Assembly (NCBI GenBank): GCA_900763875.1
Contig: CAAFLX010000035.1
Span: 14,553-78,552 of the forward strand
Origin: Clostridia bacterium
GTDB taxonomy: Bacteria; Bacillota; Clostridia; Christensenellales; CAG-917
Length of the DNA: 64,000 bases
Direction: 5' to 3'
Under the pieces are notes generated by a model. That model did no database searches. It saw nothing but the letters and a program-made list of their open reading frames with translations, and was not told the DNA's origin. Within the stretch, counting starts at the first letter, position 1, and each line of letters opens with the position of its first letter. Position numbers and translations under genes: made by a program. Shown in pieces: positions 45,345-55,175 of this stretch.

Positions 45345-47399
45345 ATGGATCCCAAATATGAAAGTTTGTTCACACCTTGGAAGATCGGCAACTGCGAAAT
45401 CAAAAACCGCATTGTTCTCACGTCCATGGGCGGCACGTCGATTTTCGGTTGGATGGAACCTCATCATTTTGACAAGGAAGCGGCAAACTTCCTGCTTGAC
45501 AGAGCAAAAAACAACGTCGGACTGATTTTGCCGGGTATTGCGCCGATTCGCAACGTTGTCGGCGGCAACTGGCTGTACAAGAGCAAAAGCTCGTTCAAAA
45601 ATCTCAAACCGTTTATGGACGAGATTCACAAGACGGGCGCAAAGATGTTTGTGCAGCTCACCGCAGGTTTTGGCCGCTCGTTTGCAATCACGCCGCTTAT
45701 GGAGGCGCTTGCAACTAACAAAGTGCTCGGCGCAATCGCAAAGCCGTTTATCAACGTCGATCATCTCACGATGAGCGCAAGCCCCAATCCTAACCGTTGG
45801 AGCGACAAAGTGCCTTCTCGCGCAATGACGGTTGACGAGATTCACGAGTTTATCGTGGCGTTTGGCAAGACGGCAAAAATGTGCAAGGACGCAGGCGTAG
45901 ACGGTGTGGAAATTCACGCCGTACACGAGGGCTATTTGCTCGACCAGTTCACAATGAAATACACCAATCAACGCACGGACGAGTATGGCGGCTCAATCGA
46001 GAACAGATACCGTTTCCCCATTGAAATCGTCAAGGAAATCAAGAGGGTATGCGGTGATGACTATCCCGTTTCTCTGAGATATTCCGTGGTGTCCAAAACC
46101 AAGGGATTCCGCAAAGGCGCGCTCCCCGGTGAGGACTATGTGGAAGTCGGACGCGATATGGAAGAGAGCAAAATCGCCGCAAAAATGCTCCAAGACGCAG
46201 GCTACGATATGCTCAACTCCGACAACGGCACGTACGACGCGTGGTACTGGGCGCATCCGCCGGTATATATGCCTCAAAACTGCAACCTAGACGATTGCGA
46301 GGAGCTGAAAAAAGCGGTGGATATCCCCGTTGTTTGTGCAGGTCGTATGACTCCCGAAGCCGCCGCAGCCGCAATTGCCGAGGGCAAAATCGACGGTATG
46401 GGCGTCGCGCGCCAATTCTTGACCGACCCCGAGTGGGTGACAAAACTTATCGAGGGCAGACAAGACGACATTATGCCGTGCATTTGTTGTCACAACGGCT
46501 GTTTTAATATGGCGCACTACAAAGGCGTACCCAACGAGCAGGATTTGTCCGACACGGCAGGTATGGCGCGTTGCGCACTCAATCCGCACACGATGCAATC
46601 CAAAAAATATAAGATTGTCCCAACGTCCAAACCCAAGAAAATCGCAGTTATCGGCGGTGGTATCGGCGGTATGGAAGTTGCAAGAGTCGCAACTCTTCGC
46701 GGTCACAAAGTCACCATTTACGAAAAAAGCAACGACCTCGGAGGCGTATTTGTCGCAGCCGCCGCGCCATCTTTCAAGGAAAAGGACAAGGAGCTTATCG
46801 CTTGGTACAAAAAGCAAATCAAAGATTTGGGCATAGCGGTGAAGTACGGCGTCAAAGTTGACGACGTGAGCAAGCTCGATGCCGACGAAATCGTCGTTGC
46901 AACGGGCGCAGTCGCAAGACGTTTCAAAGTCTCTGGCGTTGAAAAAACGATTGAGGCGTGCGACTTCTTGCTCGGCAACAAGCAAGTCGGCAACAACGTT
47001 GTTGTCATCGGCGGTGGTTTGACCGGCTGTGAAATTGCCTATGAATTGCATTTGCAAGGCAAGCATCCCACAATCGTTGAAATGAAACAAGACCTCATTG
47101 CCGTCAAGGGCGTATGTCTTGCCAATTCCTCTTATTTGAGAGAGTATTTTGCGCTCCACAACGTGCCCGTACACCTTGAAACCAAGCTTGTTTCGGTGGG
47201 GGACAATTCCGTTACTGTTGAGAGCAAAGACGGCAAACGCTTTGAAATCCCTGCCGATTCGGTTATTATGTCGGTCGGTTATGTTCCCGCACCTCTTGCA
47301 GAGGACGGCAAACACATCCACGTCGTTGGCGACAGTGCAAAGGTCGGCAACTTGCGCACGGTCATTTGGGGCGCATGGGACGTTGCGATGAAAATATAA
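45345..47399 (+). CDS. Old-yellow-enzyme/FAD two-domain oxidoreductase (2-enoate reductase / 2,4-dienoyl-CoA reductase family)
   Basis: 684 aa, RBS AAGGAGAG. N-terminal FMN TIM-barrel (NRIVLTSMG, HAVHEGYLLDQF), Cys cluster CICCHNGC...C, C-terminal GGGIGGME and GGGLTGCE dinucleotide folds. Confidence 0.9.
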   Translation: MDPKYESLFTPWKIGNCEIKNRIVLTSMGGTSIFGWMEPHHFDKEAANFLLDRAKNNVGLILPGIAPIRNVVGGNWLYKSKSSFKNLKPFMDEIHKTGAKMFVQLTAGFGRSFAITPLMEALATNKVLGAIAKPFINVDHLTMSASPNPNRWSDKVPSRAMTVDEIHEFIVAFGKTAKMCKDAGVDGVEIHAVHEGYLLDQFTMKYTNQRTDEYGGSIENRYRFPIEIVKEIKRVCGDDYPVSLRYSVVSKTKGFRKGALPGEDYVEVGRDMEESKIAAKMLQDAGYDMLNSDNGTYDAWYWAHPPVYMPQNCNLDDCEELKKAVDIPVVCAGRMTPEAAAAAIAEGKIDGMGVARQFLTDPEWVTKLIEGRQDDIMPCICCHNGCFNMAHYKGVPNEQDLSDTAGMARCALNPHTMQSKKYKIVPTSKPKKIAVIGGGIGGMEVARVATLRGHKVTIYEKSNDLGGVFVAAAAPSFKEKDKELIAWYKKQIKDLGIAVKYGVKVDDVSKLDADEIVVATGAVARRFKVSGVEKTIEACDFLLGNKQVGNNVVVIGGGLTGCEIAYELHLQGKHPTIVEMKQDLIAVKGVCLANSSYLREYFALHNVPVHLETKLVSVGDNSVTVESKDGKRFEIPADSVIMSVGYVPAPLAEDGKHIHVVGDSAKVGNLRTVIWGAWDVAMKI

Positions 47400-47411
47400 A
47401 AAAATCGTTGC

Positions 47412-47467
47412 TGTGGCAACGGCGTTGCGCTGTCGCGCAACGCCGAGAGCCACGCTAGATTTTTTTA
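47412..47467 (+). terminator. Probable terminator after the flavoenzyme gene
   Basis: GTGGC-aac-GGCGTTGCGC-TGTC-GCGCAACGCC-gaga-GCCAC, with a T7 run 8 nt downstream. Confidence 0.55.
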
Positions 47468-47601
47468 TTACTAACGCGCAGAGAATTTGCGCTATCAGTT
47501 CGAGCAGGGGCAAAAACTCCTGCCGCAATTTCGCCAAATTATCTGCTTGTTGAGCGTGCCTTTGGCACAAGTGGAATATTCCACAATCCAAGCTTAGTTT
47601 G

Positions 47602-47664
47602 GATATCACCGCGCACAAAGCACGATATCATCACAAAGTGATATCACCGCTGTAAGCGATATCA
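47602..47664. repeat. Four GATATCA(C/T) motifs at 16-22 nt spacing
   Basis: Motif starts at 47602, 47624, 47640 and 47658. The third sits inside the palindrome GTGATATCAC. A separate 14-nt palindrome GTGGAATATTCCAC lies at 47571-47584. Confidence 0.7.
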
Positions 47665-47703
47665 TTGTTTTCTCCGCAACGCCGAGAGCCGCTTTGTAAA
47701 GGA

Positions 47704-47738
47704 TAAAAAAACAGTCGCTCGATTGAGCGACTGTTTTC
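47704..47738 (-). terminator. Strong rho-independent terminator (minus strand)
   Basis: 10-bp perfect stem at 47711-47720 / 47725-47734, 4-nt loop; T7 on the minus strand. Confidence 0.8.
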
Positions 47739-47937
47739 CTCTAGATCGTCCCGCACCGCCGTGTGATGCCATTTTATAAACCCGCCGTATAGCAGGGTGG
47801 GTAAAGACTGCCGTGCAGTATCTGTCTTCCACTAGTTGATGAGGCTTGACATCGCTGCATTTTGTCGGACGCGTCATCCCGTATAAAATTTGTGGTTCAA
47901 AATAGAGCACCATCACAAACATAGCAGGAATCTTGTC
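47704..47937 (-). ncRNA. Candidate unclassified small RNA of about 230 nt (promoter-to-terminator unit)
   Basis: Minus-strand TTGCAA (47972-47967)-17-TATATT (47949-47944), then a GC-rich segment with several local hairpins. It ends at the canonical terminator ACAGTCGCTC-AATC-GAGCGACTGT + T7 (47734-47704). No frame gives an RBS-led ORF that stops before the terminator. Confidence 0.35.
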
Positions 47938-48233
47938 ACCTATAATATACCATACGTTTATGCTTATTGCAATACCCAAAATGCAAATTAAAGCGTTTTG
48001 TAGATTTTGTCGTTTTTGCAATATGATTCTTGTTTTCATAGCGTCGTCTTTGCCGATGACTTGTCGTTTGTGTTCTGTCGCGATTTTTCGTTTTTTCAGA
48101 GTAGAGCGGTGGACAATACTTGTTTTTGATGATTTTGTCAAGTTAAGTATTTTCAAAAACACCGAAAATTAGAATAGTTTTTCCATGTTTTTTGGTTTTT
48201 GCGGTTTTTCAAGACTCTTTTTTGAATTTTGTA

Positions 48234-48262
48234 TTGATAAAACACTTTGCGTATGTTAAAAT
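48234..48262 (+). promoter_or_regulatory. Sigma-A-like promoter (TTGATA-17-TAAAAT) of the PAP2 gene
   Basis: TTGATA 48234-48239, 17-nt spacer, TAAAAT 48257-48262. Confidence 0.45.
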
Positions 48263-48291
48263 ATTTTCATAAAAACTTATAGGGGTAAGTT

Positions 48292-49563
48292 ATGAAATCT
48301 CTTACAATCAAATCAAAAACAATCATTTCAATTTGTTTGTTTGTCGTGGTATTTGCAACCCTCATTTTGATTGCGTCGTTTCTCGACTATCAAGTGAGCC
48401 AAATCCTCACCAAACATTCGTTGAAACCGGGCGAATACTTGTCCGACAGCTTATTCGGCGTTGTGGGCGAGGCGGTCGGCACGTCGCCAATCTACATTCT
48501 CGCAGGCGTATGCACCGCAATTCTTTGCTGGTTCTTTGCCAAAAACTTCAAAGACAAAAAGTGGGGCGTTGTCCTTGCCGTGATATTCGGCTTGCTCGGC
48601 GTCGTCGCTTGGTGGTTCTATATTAAGGATATTATGAAATATCTCTTTGAGCATGCTGCAAATCAAGCGGGCGCACTCGGCGAGGCTGTGTACGAATATC
48701 GTCACAACGGAGCGGTGGTCGCTTGTCAAGTGCTTGTTGCAATCACTCTGCAAGCCCTGACTTTGCTTGCACTTCGTCCTTTGAAGGCTGAAACTTTGCG
48801 CAAACTCCTTTGGTGGGTGGTTGCCGCAGTTGCCGCTTGCGCGCTTGCAAACCTCCTTATTATCATCGTAAAAGACCCCGTTGGACGTATGAGATTTAGA
48901 GCAATCAACTCAGATGTCGGACAACGCCTCATCGGCAGCGGACTTGTGCAAGGTTACACGCCTTGGTACGTTCGCAACGGTCAACCCGACGAGGGCATAA
49001 TCAACTCTTTTGTCGGCGCATATCCCGGCGCAAGCGACGCGTTCAAGTCTTTCCCATCAGGTCATACTTGCGCGGCAGGCATGTCATATGCGCTCATAAT
49101 GCTCCCCGACATTGTGGACTTCAAGCACAAAAAAGCAGGCAAGGCGCTGTGCTGGGTTACGCCGATTGCAATCACAATGCTTGTTGCAATCAGCCGTATT
49201 GTCGTTGGCGCGCACTATATGAGCGACGTCACGTTTGGCGGCACGTTTGCGTTTGTATCTTTCATCATTATGCGTGAAATCTTCATTTGCAAGGGCAGTC
49301 ACTTCTTTGCATTGTTCCCGCGCCTTGCGCCCAAGAAAGCGGTTACGATTCCTGCCGACTTCGAGGCGGAATGTGTTGGAGAAACTGCCGAAAGCGATGT
49401 TGAAGATGCTCTTGCCAACGAGAGTGTTGAGGAAGTTGCCGAGCAAGAGTGCGATGACAACACCGATGACAAAAACGAGGAAATCGCACTTTCCAGCGAG
49501 CAAGCCAACGAAATTGCCAACGAGATTGCGGACAATCTCCGTGACGGCGTTGTGATTGAATGA
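48292..49563 (+). CDS. PAP2-superfamily membrane phosphatase with acidic C-terminal tail
   Basis: 423 aa, multiple TM helices. PAP2 motifs KSFPSGH and SRIVVGAHYMSD. The last 75 aa or so are D/E-rich. Confidence 0.8.
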   Translation: MKSLTIKSKTIISICLFVVVFATLILIASFLDYQVSQILTKHSLKPGEYLSDSLFGVVGEAVGTSPIYILAGVCTAILCWFFAKNFKDKKWGVVLAVIFGLLGVVAWWFYIKDIMKYLFEHAANQAGALGEAVYEYRHNGAVVACQVLVAITLQALTLLALRPLKAETLRKLLWWVVAAVAACALANLLIIIVKDPVGRMRFRAINSDVGQRLIGSGLVQGYTPWYVRNGQPDEGIINSFVGAYPGASDAFKSFPSGHTCAAGMSYALIMLPDIVDFKHKKAGKALCWVTPIAITMLVAISRIVVGAHYMSDVTFGGTFAFVSFIIMREIFICKGSHFFALFPRLAPKKAVTIPADFEAECVGETAESDVEDALANESVEEVAEQECDDNTDDKNEEIALSSEQANEIANEIADNLRDGVVIE

Positions 49564-49595
49564 GAATTGCAATTTGTTTGAAACAACAGTAAATG

Positions 49596-49635
49596 ACAAA
49601 CTAAAAGCCCGATCCAAATCGGGCTTTTAGTTTGT
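49596..49635. terminator. Bidirectional terminator with 18-bp perfect stem
   Basis: ACAAACTAAAAGCCCGAT-CCAA-ATCGGGCTTTTAGTTTGT between the convergent PAP2 and rqcH genes. Confidence 0.8.
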
Positions 49636-49666
49636 TAGAATCACGTTTTTATGGTGTTTCAAGCGT

Positions 49667-51385
49667 TCATTTGCGTGTTTCTAGGTCTTTGTGAGCGTTT
49701 GGCTCGGACACCATTGTTTTGTAGTTGACGTAAATCACTTGACCTAGGTGGCCGTCGGGTTTGCGCTTGACGTTGCGCCGCTCGGTGTAGTCAACCTCGC
49801 ATGGGGCTTGTTTTGTGCTTGCGGTGATTTCGCCTGCGATTTTCAGCACGTTTTCGGGCACTTCTCGACCTTCCGTTGCGATAATCGTATGTGCGCCATG
49901 CTCGTTTTTGAGGTGCAACCAAATGTCGTTCGACGATGCGATTTTGAAAGTGAGTTCATCGTTTTGGACGTTGTTTTTGCCGCGATAGATATAAAATCCG
50001 TTCACCAAATAGACGTAGGGCGGCTCGGCTTTTTCCTTGCGCACCTTGTTTTTTGACGATTTTTTCTTACCACCGCCGAGGGATTCGATTTCCTGCTCGA
50101 TGGCGGAAGTGTCGCTCTCGTATGGCAGATTTGCAATTTCGTTCTCTATCGATTTGACGTATTCGAGCAAATCTCTGTCCTTTTCCAGCTTTTTGCTCAC
50201 AAAGTCTTTGGTGCGTTTGAGTTTGTTGTATTTTGCGTAGTTTGCCGTTGAGTTTTTGGAGGGGGATAGGCGCAAATCGAGGGGAATTTCCACTTGCGAA
50301 TTGTCGTAATAGTTGGTGCAAACGAGTTTTTCGTCCCCCTTATTTATCAAATAGATATAGTTGACGATAAGCTCGCCCCACAATTTATACTTGTCCATAT
50401 CCTCGCATTCGGCGAGTTTTTGAAGGTCGATGGTGATATTTTTCTCCACTTTTTGGCGCAGATGTTTTGCGATTGTGGCAAGCGATTTGAGCCTAGCTTT
50501 ATTGCGTATATCCTTGTCGCAGTCGGTGAAAAGAGCGTCGTACGCCTCGCTCATACTCTCAAATTTTTTGACGTTCGACTCATCGGAATTTGCAATCGAG
50601 CGATAGAGGATGGGGTATGCCTCCTTGCCGTTGATTATGCAAGGACAAAGAGGAATGTTGCTCTTGTTTGTTGCAACGCTCGCAAAGTCTTTTATAGTGC
50701 AAAAAAGCCTCTCTTTTTCGCTTTGCAAGAGTTGTTGAGAGGACGATGACAGTTTTGCACGCAGCAGCACTTCTTCAATCGTCGCGCCCGAAAAACCCGA
50801 CAAGTTGTCTTGAATAAACTTGTGCAGGTCACCGCCGTTGAAGTTGTCAAAAACCGAAAAACAATCGGTTAGATAGCTGATTTTCTTTTGTGCGATGGGG
50901 CGGTAGGGCACGCCGCGCAACACGACGTGATTGCGCTCGACGTCAAGCGGAAGATGCTTGACCGCGTCCAAAATCACAAGGTTTTCGTCGGTGAAAACGA
51001 TGTTTGAATATCTGTTCATAATCTCGACGAAAAGGTAGAAAGTCGCCTCGTCGCGCATCTCGGTTTTCGCGTCGAATTTGACTCGGATAATCCTGTCATA
51101 GTTGTACACGCAAACGTCGCTTATGGTTGCCGAAATCAAATATTTGCGCAGGAGCATACACAGATTCGGCGCGACTTGCGGACTGACTTTTTTGCTTTTG
51201 GTGAGGTGAATACGGGGCGCGCCTGCGTTGCAAGAAACCACAAGACATTGGTTTTTTCCTTTTGAACGCACAAAAAAGCGCAACTCGTCCACTTCGGGTT
51301 GTTGGATTTTGTCTATTCTTGCGCCGCGCAATTCGTCGTTGAGTTCTTTTGCCAGCGCGCTCAATGCAAAAAGGTCGCTTCCCAT
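49667..51385 (-). CDS. rqcH: Ribosome quality control protein RqcH (NFACT / FbpA family)
   Basis: 572 aa. NFACT-N start (ELRGARIDKIQQPEVDELRF), coiled-coil middle, NFACT-R/DUF814 C-terminus (DIWLHLKNEHGAHTII). Confidence 0.85.
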   Translation of the reverse strand: MGSDLFALSALAKELNDELRGARIDKIQQPEVDELRFFVRSKGKNQCLVVSCNAGAPRIHLTKSKKVSPQVAPNLCMLLRKYLISATISDVCVYNYDRIIRVKFDAKTEMRDEATFYLFVEIMNRYSNIVFTDENLVILDAVKHLPLDVERNHVVLRGVPYRPIAQKKISYLTDCFSVFDNFNGGDLHKFIQDNLSGFSGATIEEVLLRAKLSSSSQQLLQSEKERLFCTIKDFASVATNKSNIPLCPCIINGKEAYPILYRSIANSDESNVKKFESMSEAYDALFTDCDKDIRNKARLKSLATIAKHLRQKVEKNITIDLQKLAECEDMDKYKLWGELIVNYIYLINKGDEKLVCTNYYDNSQVEIPLDLRLSPSKNSTANYAKYNKLKRTKDFVSKKLEKDRDLLEYVKSIENEIANLPYESDTSAIEQEIESLGGGKKKSSKNKVRKEKAEPPYVYLVNGFYIYRGKNNVQNDELTFKIASSNDIWLHLKNEHGAHTIIATEGREVPENVLKIAGEITASTKQAPCEVDYTERRNVKRKPDGHLGQVIYVNYKTMVSEPNAHKDLETRK

Positions 51386-51457
51386 AGGGCTAGTATAGTA
51401 TTTTTTGCCGCCGATTGCAATTAATATATAAATTTTTATCTTGGCGACATAAATTCA

Positions 51458-51486
51458 TTGATTTTTAATGTTTGGCGTGTTATAAT
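51458..51486 (+). promoter_or_regulatory. Sigma-A-like promoter of tig (TTGATT-17-TATAAT)
   Basis: TTGATT 51458-51463, 17-nt spacer, TATAAT 51481-51486. Confidence 0.55.
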
Positions 51487-51548
51487 TACTCTCACTTGTT
51501 AAGAAATATATATATCCGTACGATTCCTCGCGCGGACATGGAGGACAA

Positions 51549-52961
51549 ATGAACTACACAGCAGAAAAGTTGGAAAAGAGCCAAGTTAAGTTCAACTACG
51601 TTGTTGACAAGGACGCTTTCAACGCAGCAATCAAGCAAGCCTACGAAAAAACCAAGCATAAATATGCAGTCCCCGGTTTCAGAAAAGGCCACGCACCCCA
51701 AAAGGTTATCGAGGGTATGTACGGACAAGGCGTATTCTTCAGCGACGCCGTCAACGAGCTTATCGATTCTTCCTTGACGGAGTTGGAGGCGAGTGCGGAC
51801 TACGATTTCGTGGCTGTAGACAGTGTTTGCGACGTTGATATGACGGACGATGGCGGAGTTAAGTACGCAATCGTTATGGTTGTCAAACCCGAAGTTACTC
51901 TTGGTCAATATAAAGGACTTGCAGTTGCAAAGAAGGCTGTCAAAGTCACCGCAAAGCAAGTTGACGACAAGATTTTGGCAGAGCAAGAAAAGCAAGCTCG
52001 TCTTATCGACGTTGACGCAGCGGCGGCAAACGGCAACACCGTCACCATCGACTTTGTCGGCAGCGTAAACGGCGAGAAATTCGAGGGCGGCTCGGCAGAA
52101 AATTATGACCTCGAACTTGGCAGCAACACCTTTATCCCCGGCTTTGAAGAGCAACTTGTCGGCGTAAAAGCAGGCGAGGTGAAGAACGTCATCGTCACTT
52201 TCCCCGAAAACTATCAAGCAGAAAATCTTGCAGGCAAAGAGGCAGTGTTCGAGTGCACCGTCAAAGCGGTCAAAGTCAAGGAGCTTCCCGCAATCGACGA
52301 CGAATTTGTCAAGGACGTGTCCGAATTCAACACTCTTGCAGAGTACAAAGCCGACGTGAAAGCACAACTGACCAAAGAGGCAGAGGCAAAGGCCGAGCGC
52401 GAGCTTGAGGACGAAATCGTCGAAAAGATCGTTGACGCGTCAAGCGTTGAGATTCCCCAAGCCATGATTGACCGCGAGGCGGAAGATATGGTGCATGAGT
52501 TTGAATATCGTCTTATGTATCAAGGCTTGAAACTTGACGATTATCTCAAATATCTCAACATGACAAGAGAGCAACTCGAAGATCAATACAGGGATCAAGC
52601 TCAAAAGACGGTCAAAGTGCGTCTTGTCATGGAGTCGCTCATCAAAGCCGAAGACCTCAAAATCGAGGACAAGGAAATCGACGAGGCAATCGCAAAGATT
52701 GCAAACGATTCTTCTCAAACCGTCGAGGAGTTCAAAAAGACTTTGCACAAAGAGCAAATCGACTATATTGTCAATTCCGTTATGAACGAAAAATTGCTCA
52801 CCTTCCTCGTCAAGGAGAATGCGGTTGCAAAGAAGAGCACCAAGAAAGCTGCCGACGAGCAAGAGGCTGAAGTTGCAGACGATAAAAAAGCGGACGAAAA
52901 GAAACCTGCAGCCAAAAAAACAACCAAAAAGACAGCAAAACCCGCAACCGACGCAGAATAA
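51549..52961 (+). CDS. tig: Trigger factor (with K/A-rich C-terminal extension)
   Basis: 470 aa, RBS GGAGGA. GFRKGHAP ribosome-binding motif, FKBP-type PPIase middle. The last 40 aa or so are Lys/Ala/Asp-rich. Confidence 0.95.
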   Translation: MNYTAEKLEKSQVKFNYVVDKDAFNAAIKQAYEKTKHKYAVPGFRKGHAPQKVIEGMYGQGVFFSDAVNELIDSSLTELEASADYDFVAVDSVCDVDMTDDGGVKYAIVMVVKPEVTLGQYKGLAVAKKAVKVTAKQVDDKILAEQEKQARLIDVDAAAANGNTVTIDFVGSVNGEKFEGGSAENYDLELGSNTFIPGFEEQLVGVKAGEVKNVIVTFPENYQAENLAGKEAVFECTVKAVKVKELPAIDDEFVKDVSEFNTLAEYKADVKAQLTKEAEAKAERELEDEIVEKIVDASSVEIPQAMIDREAEDMVHEFEYRLMYQGLKLDDYLKYLNMTREQLEDQYRDQAQKTVKVRLVMESLIKAEDLKIEDKEIDEAIAKIANDSSQTVEEFKKTLHKEQIDYIVNSVMNEKLLTFLVKENAVAKKSTKKAADEQEAEVADDKKADEKKPAAKKTTKKTAKPATDAE

Positions 52962-53148
52962 TCGCGTGAGGTTTTGTGTAGAATAAGAGTGCTTGTGCGC
53001 TCAAAGACAAAAACGTGTGCTTTCCGCTTGCCTATGCAGGCGGAAAGCGTATAAAATCGGCTTTTGCGGTTTTTTCGGGAGTAAAAGACCGCACAAATCG
53101 CCGTAATTCGCCGCAAAATACACGCTATTTTCGGCATTGGAGGAAATA

Positions 53149-53745
53149 ATGAACATCAAAAATCAACTTATACCTATGGTTGTCGAGCAAACGGGCAGAG
53201 GCGAGCGTTCCTACGATATTTACTCTCGCTTGCTTGAAGACAGAATCATCTTCCTCACGGGTGAAATCGACGATAACGTTGCCGACCTCGTCGTTGCGCA
53301 ACTCATATATCTTGAAGGCAAGGATTCCCAAAAGGATATCAGCCTTTACATCAACAGCCCCGGCGGCTCGGTTTCGGCAGGCTTTGCAATCTACGACACG
53401 ATGAACTACATCAAGTGCGACGTGTCCACGATTTGCATCGGTATGGCGGCTTCTATGGGCGCATTCTTGCTCTCGTCGGGTGCAAAAGGCAAGAGATTCT
53501 CTTTGCCAAACGCCAAGATAATGATTCACCAACCCCTCGGTGGGGCGCAAGGTCAGGCGAGCGACATCGCAATTCAAGCCAACGAGATTCTCAAGACCAA
53601 AAAGCGCATCAACGATATTCTCGCGCAAAACACTTCTCAACCTCTTTCGAAAATCGAGGTTGACACCGACCGCGACTTCTATATGAACGCCGAGGAGGCA
53701 GAGAAGTACGGCATCGTGGACAAGATTTTCTATTCTAGAAAATAA
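53149..53745 (+). CDS. clpP: ATP-dependent Clp protease proteolytic subunit
   Basis: ATG 53149 after GGAGGAA; the ORF track TTG is at 53137. [11 protein letters not shown] (Ser) and MIHQPLGG (His) motifs. Confidence 0.95.
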   Translation: MNIKNQLIPMVVEQTGRGERSYDIYSRLLEDRIIFLTGEIDDNVADLVVAQLIYLEGKDSQKDISLYINSPGGSVSAGFAIYDTMNYIKCDVSTICIGMAASMGAFLLSSGAKGKRFSLPNAKIMIHQPLGGAQGQASDIAIQANEILKTKKRINDILAQNTSQPLSKIEVDTDRDFYMNAEEAEKYGIVDKIFYSRK

Positions 53746-53823
53746 CTTGTTTTTGCAAATCGAGAATACGCCTCATTTGCCGCTCGTTCAAAGCGTAGGC
53801 GGCTGAAAACAAGGAGTATAATC

Positions 53824-55080
53824 ATGGAAAATTATCATAAAGAACAACACTGCAGTTTTTGCGGTAGGGGCGCAAGCGAGGTTGAAAAAATCATCAGCGG
53901 CCCGAACGGCATCAACATCTGCAACGAATGTATCGACGAGTGCGTGTATCTTCTCGGCAAGGACGAAAAGACCGCCAACGACGGTTTGAGCCTTTACACG
54001 CCCAAGGAGATAAAAGAAAAGCTTGACGAGTACATCATCGGTCAAGACAGCGCAAAACGCGTGCTGTCCGTTGCGGTGTACAACCACTATAAGCGCATCA
54101 ATCAGATTCGTTCCAAGGCGAGCGACGACGTGGTGATTGAAAAGAGCAATGTTTTGTTGCTCGGCCCGACGGGTTCGGGCAAGACTTTGCTTGCAAAGAC
54201 GCTTGCGCAAATCCTCAACGTGCCGTTTGCGGTTGCGGACGCAACAACGCTCACCGAGGCAGGTTACGTCGGTGAAGACGTCGAAAATATCCTTTTGAAA
54301 CTCATTCAATCTGCCAACGGCGATTTGAAGAGAGCGGAAATAGGCATTGTCTATATCGACGAAATCGACAAAATCGCAAAGAAGGGCGAAAACGTGTCAA
54401 TCACGCGTGACGTGAGCGGCGAAGGCGTGCAACAAGCATTGCTCAAAATCATTGAGGGCACTGTTGCAAACGTTCCTCCGCAAGGCGGCAGAAAGCACCC
54501 CAACCAAGAGTGCTATCAGCTTGATACCACAAACATTTTGTTCCTTTGCGGCGGAGCTTTTGTCGATTTGGACAAGATTATCGACCAAAGAAAGGACAAT
54601 TCCAAGCTCGGTTTCGGTTCGGCTGTAAAGGGCACGGTAGACTATCGTTACGACGAGCTTATCAAGGCTTTGCAACCTGCCGACCTCATCAAATACGGTC
54701 TTATTCCCGAGTTTGTCGGTCGTGTGCCTATCGTTGTCGGACTAAACGCGCTTGACGAAAACGCGCTCGTCAAAATTCTTTCCGAGCCTAAAAACGCGCT
54801 TGTCAAACAATACAAGTATCAATTCTCAATCGACGGAGTTGACCTTGAATTTGAGGATGAGGCACTCAGAGCGGTTGCTGCAAAGGCAATTCAACTCAAC
54901 ACGGGCGCAAGAGGCTTGAGAGCCATTCTCGAAGACGTGTTGCTCGAACTTATGTTTGATATTCCCTCGGAAAAGGACATTGAAAAAGTCATCGTGACAA
55001 AGGCTTCGATCGACAAAACCGAAAAGCCTATTGTGGTTAGAAAACAAATTGAGCAAAAGTCCACAGATTGCATTGCATAA
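53824..55080 (+). CDS. clpX: ATP-dependent Clp protease ATP-binding subunit ClpX
   Basis: 418 aa. Zinc-finger CSFCG...CNEC, Walker A GPTGSGKT, Walker B YIDEIDK. Confidence 0.95.
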   Translation: MENYHKEQHCSFCGRGASEVEKIISGPNGINICNECIDECVYLLGKDEKTANDGLSLYTPKEIKEKLDEYIIGQDSAKRVLSVAVYNHYKRINQIRSKASDDVVIEKSNVLLLGPTGSGKTLLAKTLAQILNVPFAVADATTLTEAGYVGEDVENILLKLIQSANGDLKRAEIGIVYIDEIDKIAKKGENVSITRDVSGEGVQQALLKIIEGTVANVPPQGGRKHPNQECYQLDTTNILFLCGGAFVDLDKIIDQRKDNSKLGFGSAVKGTVDYRYDELIKALQPADLIKYGLIPEFVGRVPIVVGLNALDENALVKILSEPKNALVKQYKYQFSIDGVDLEFEDEALRAVAAKAIQLNTGARGLRAILEDVLLELMFDIPSEKDIEKVIVTKASIDKTEKPIVVRKQIEQKSTDCIA

Positions 55081-55086
55081 CACCAA

Positions 55087-55112
55087 AATAGCGCATCTAA
55101 TGCGCTATTTTT
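55087..55112 (+). terminator. Rho-independent terminator after clpX
   Basis: AATAGCGCAT-CTA-ATGCGCTATT followed by TTTTC. Confidence 0.75.
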
Positions 55113-55175
55113 CTAGTTATGAGCAAAAATTGGCAGTGAATATGCCAAGAAATCAACAATTTTAAGGTGCAAAAG

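Noticed and set aside
47602-47664. GATATCA motif array considered as a mini-CRISPR or other spacer-repeat array
   Set aside because: The repeats are only 7-11 nt long, the spacing is irregular (22/16/18 nt), there are only four copies, and there are no cas genes or leader. It is reported instead as an unexplained palindrome/repeat cluster.
47662-48162. 166-aa minus-strand ORF with two hydrophobic segments (possible small membrane protein or toxin)
   Set aside because: It has no RBS at either Met. It begins upstream of the only good promoter, and its C-terminal third reads through a canonical terminator hairpin and the 16-nt repeat. The locus is more parsimoniously non-coding.
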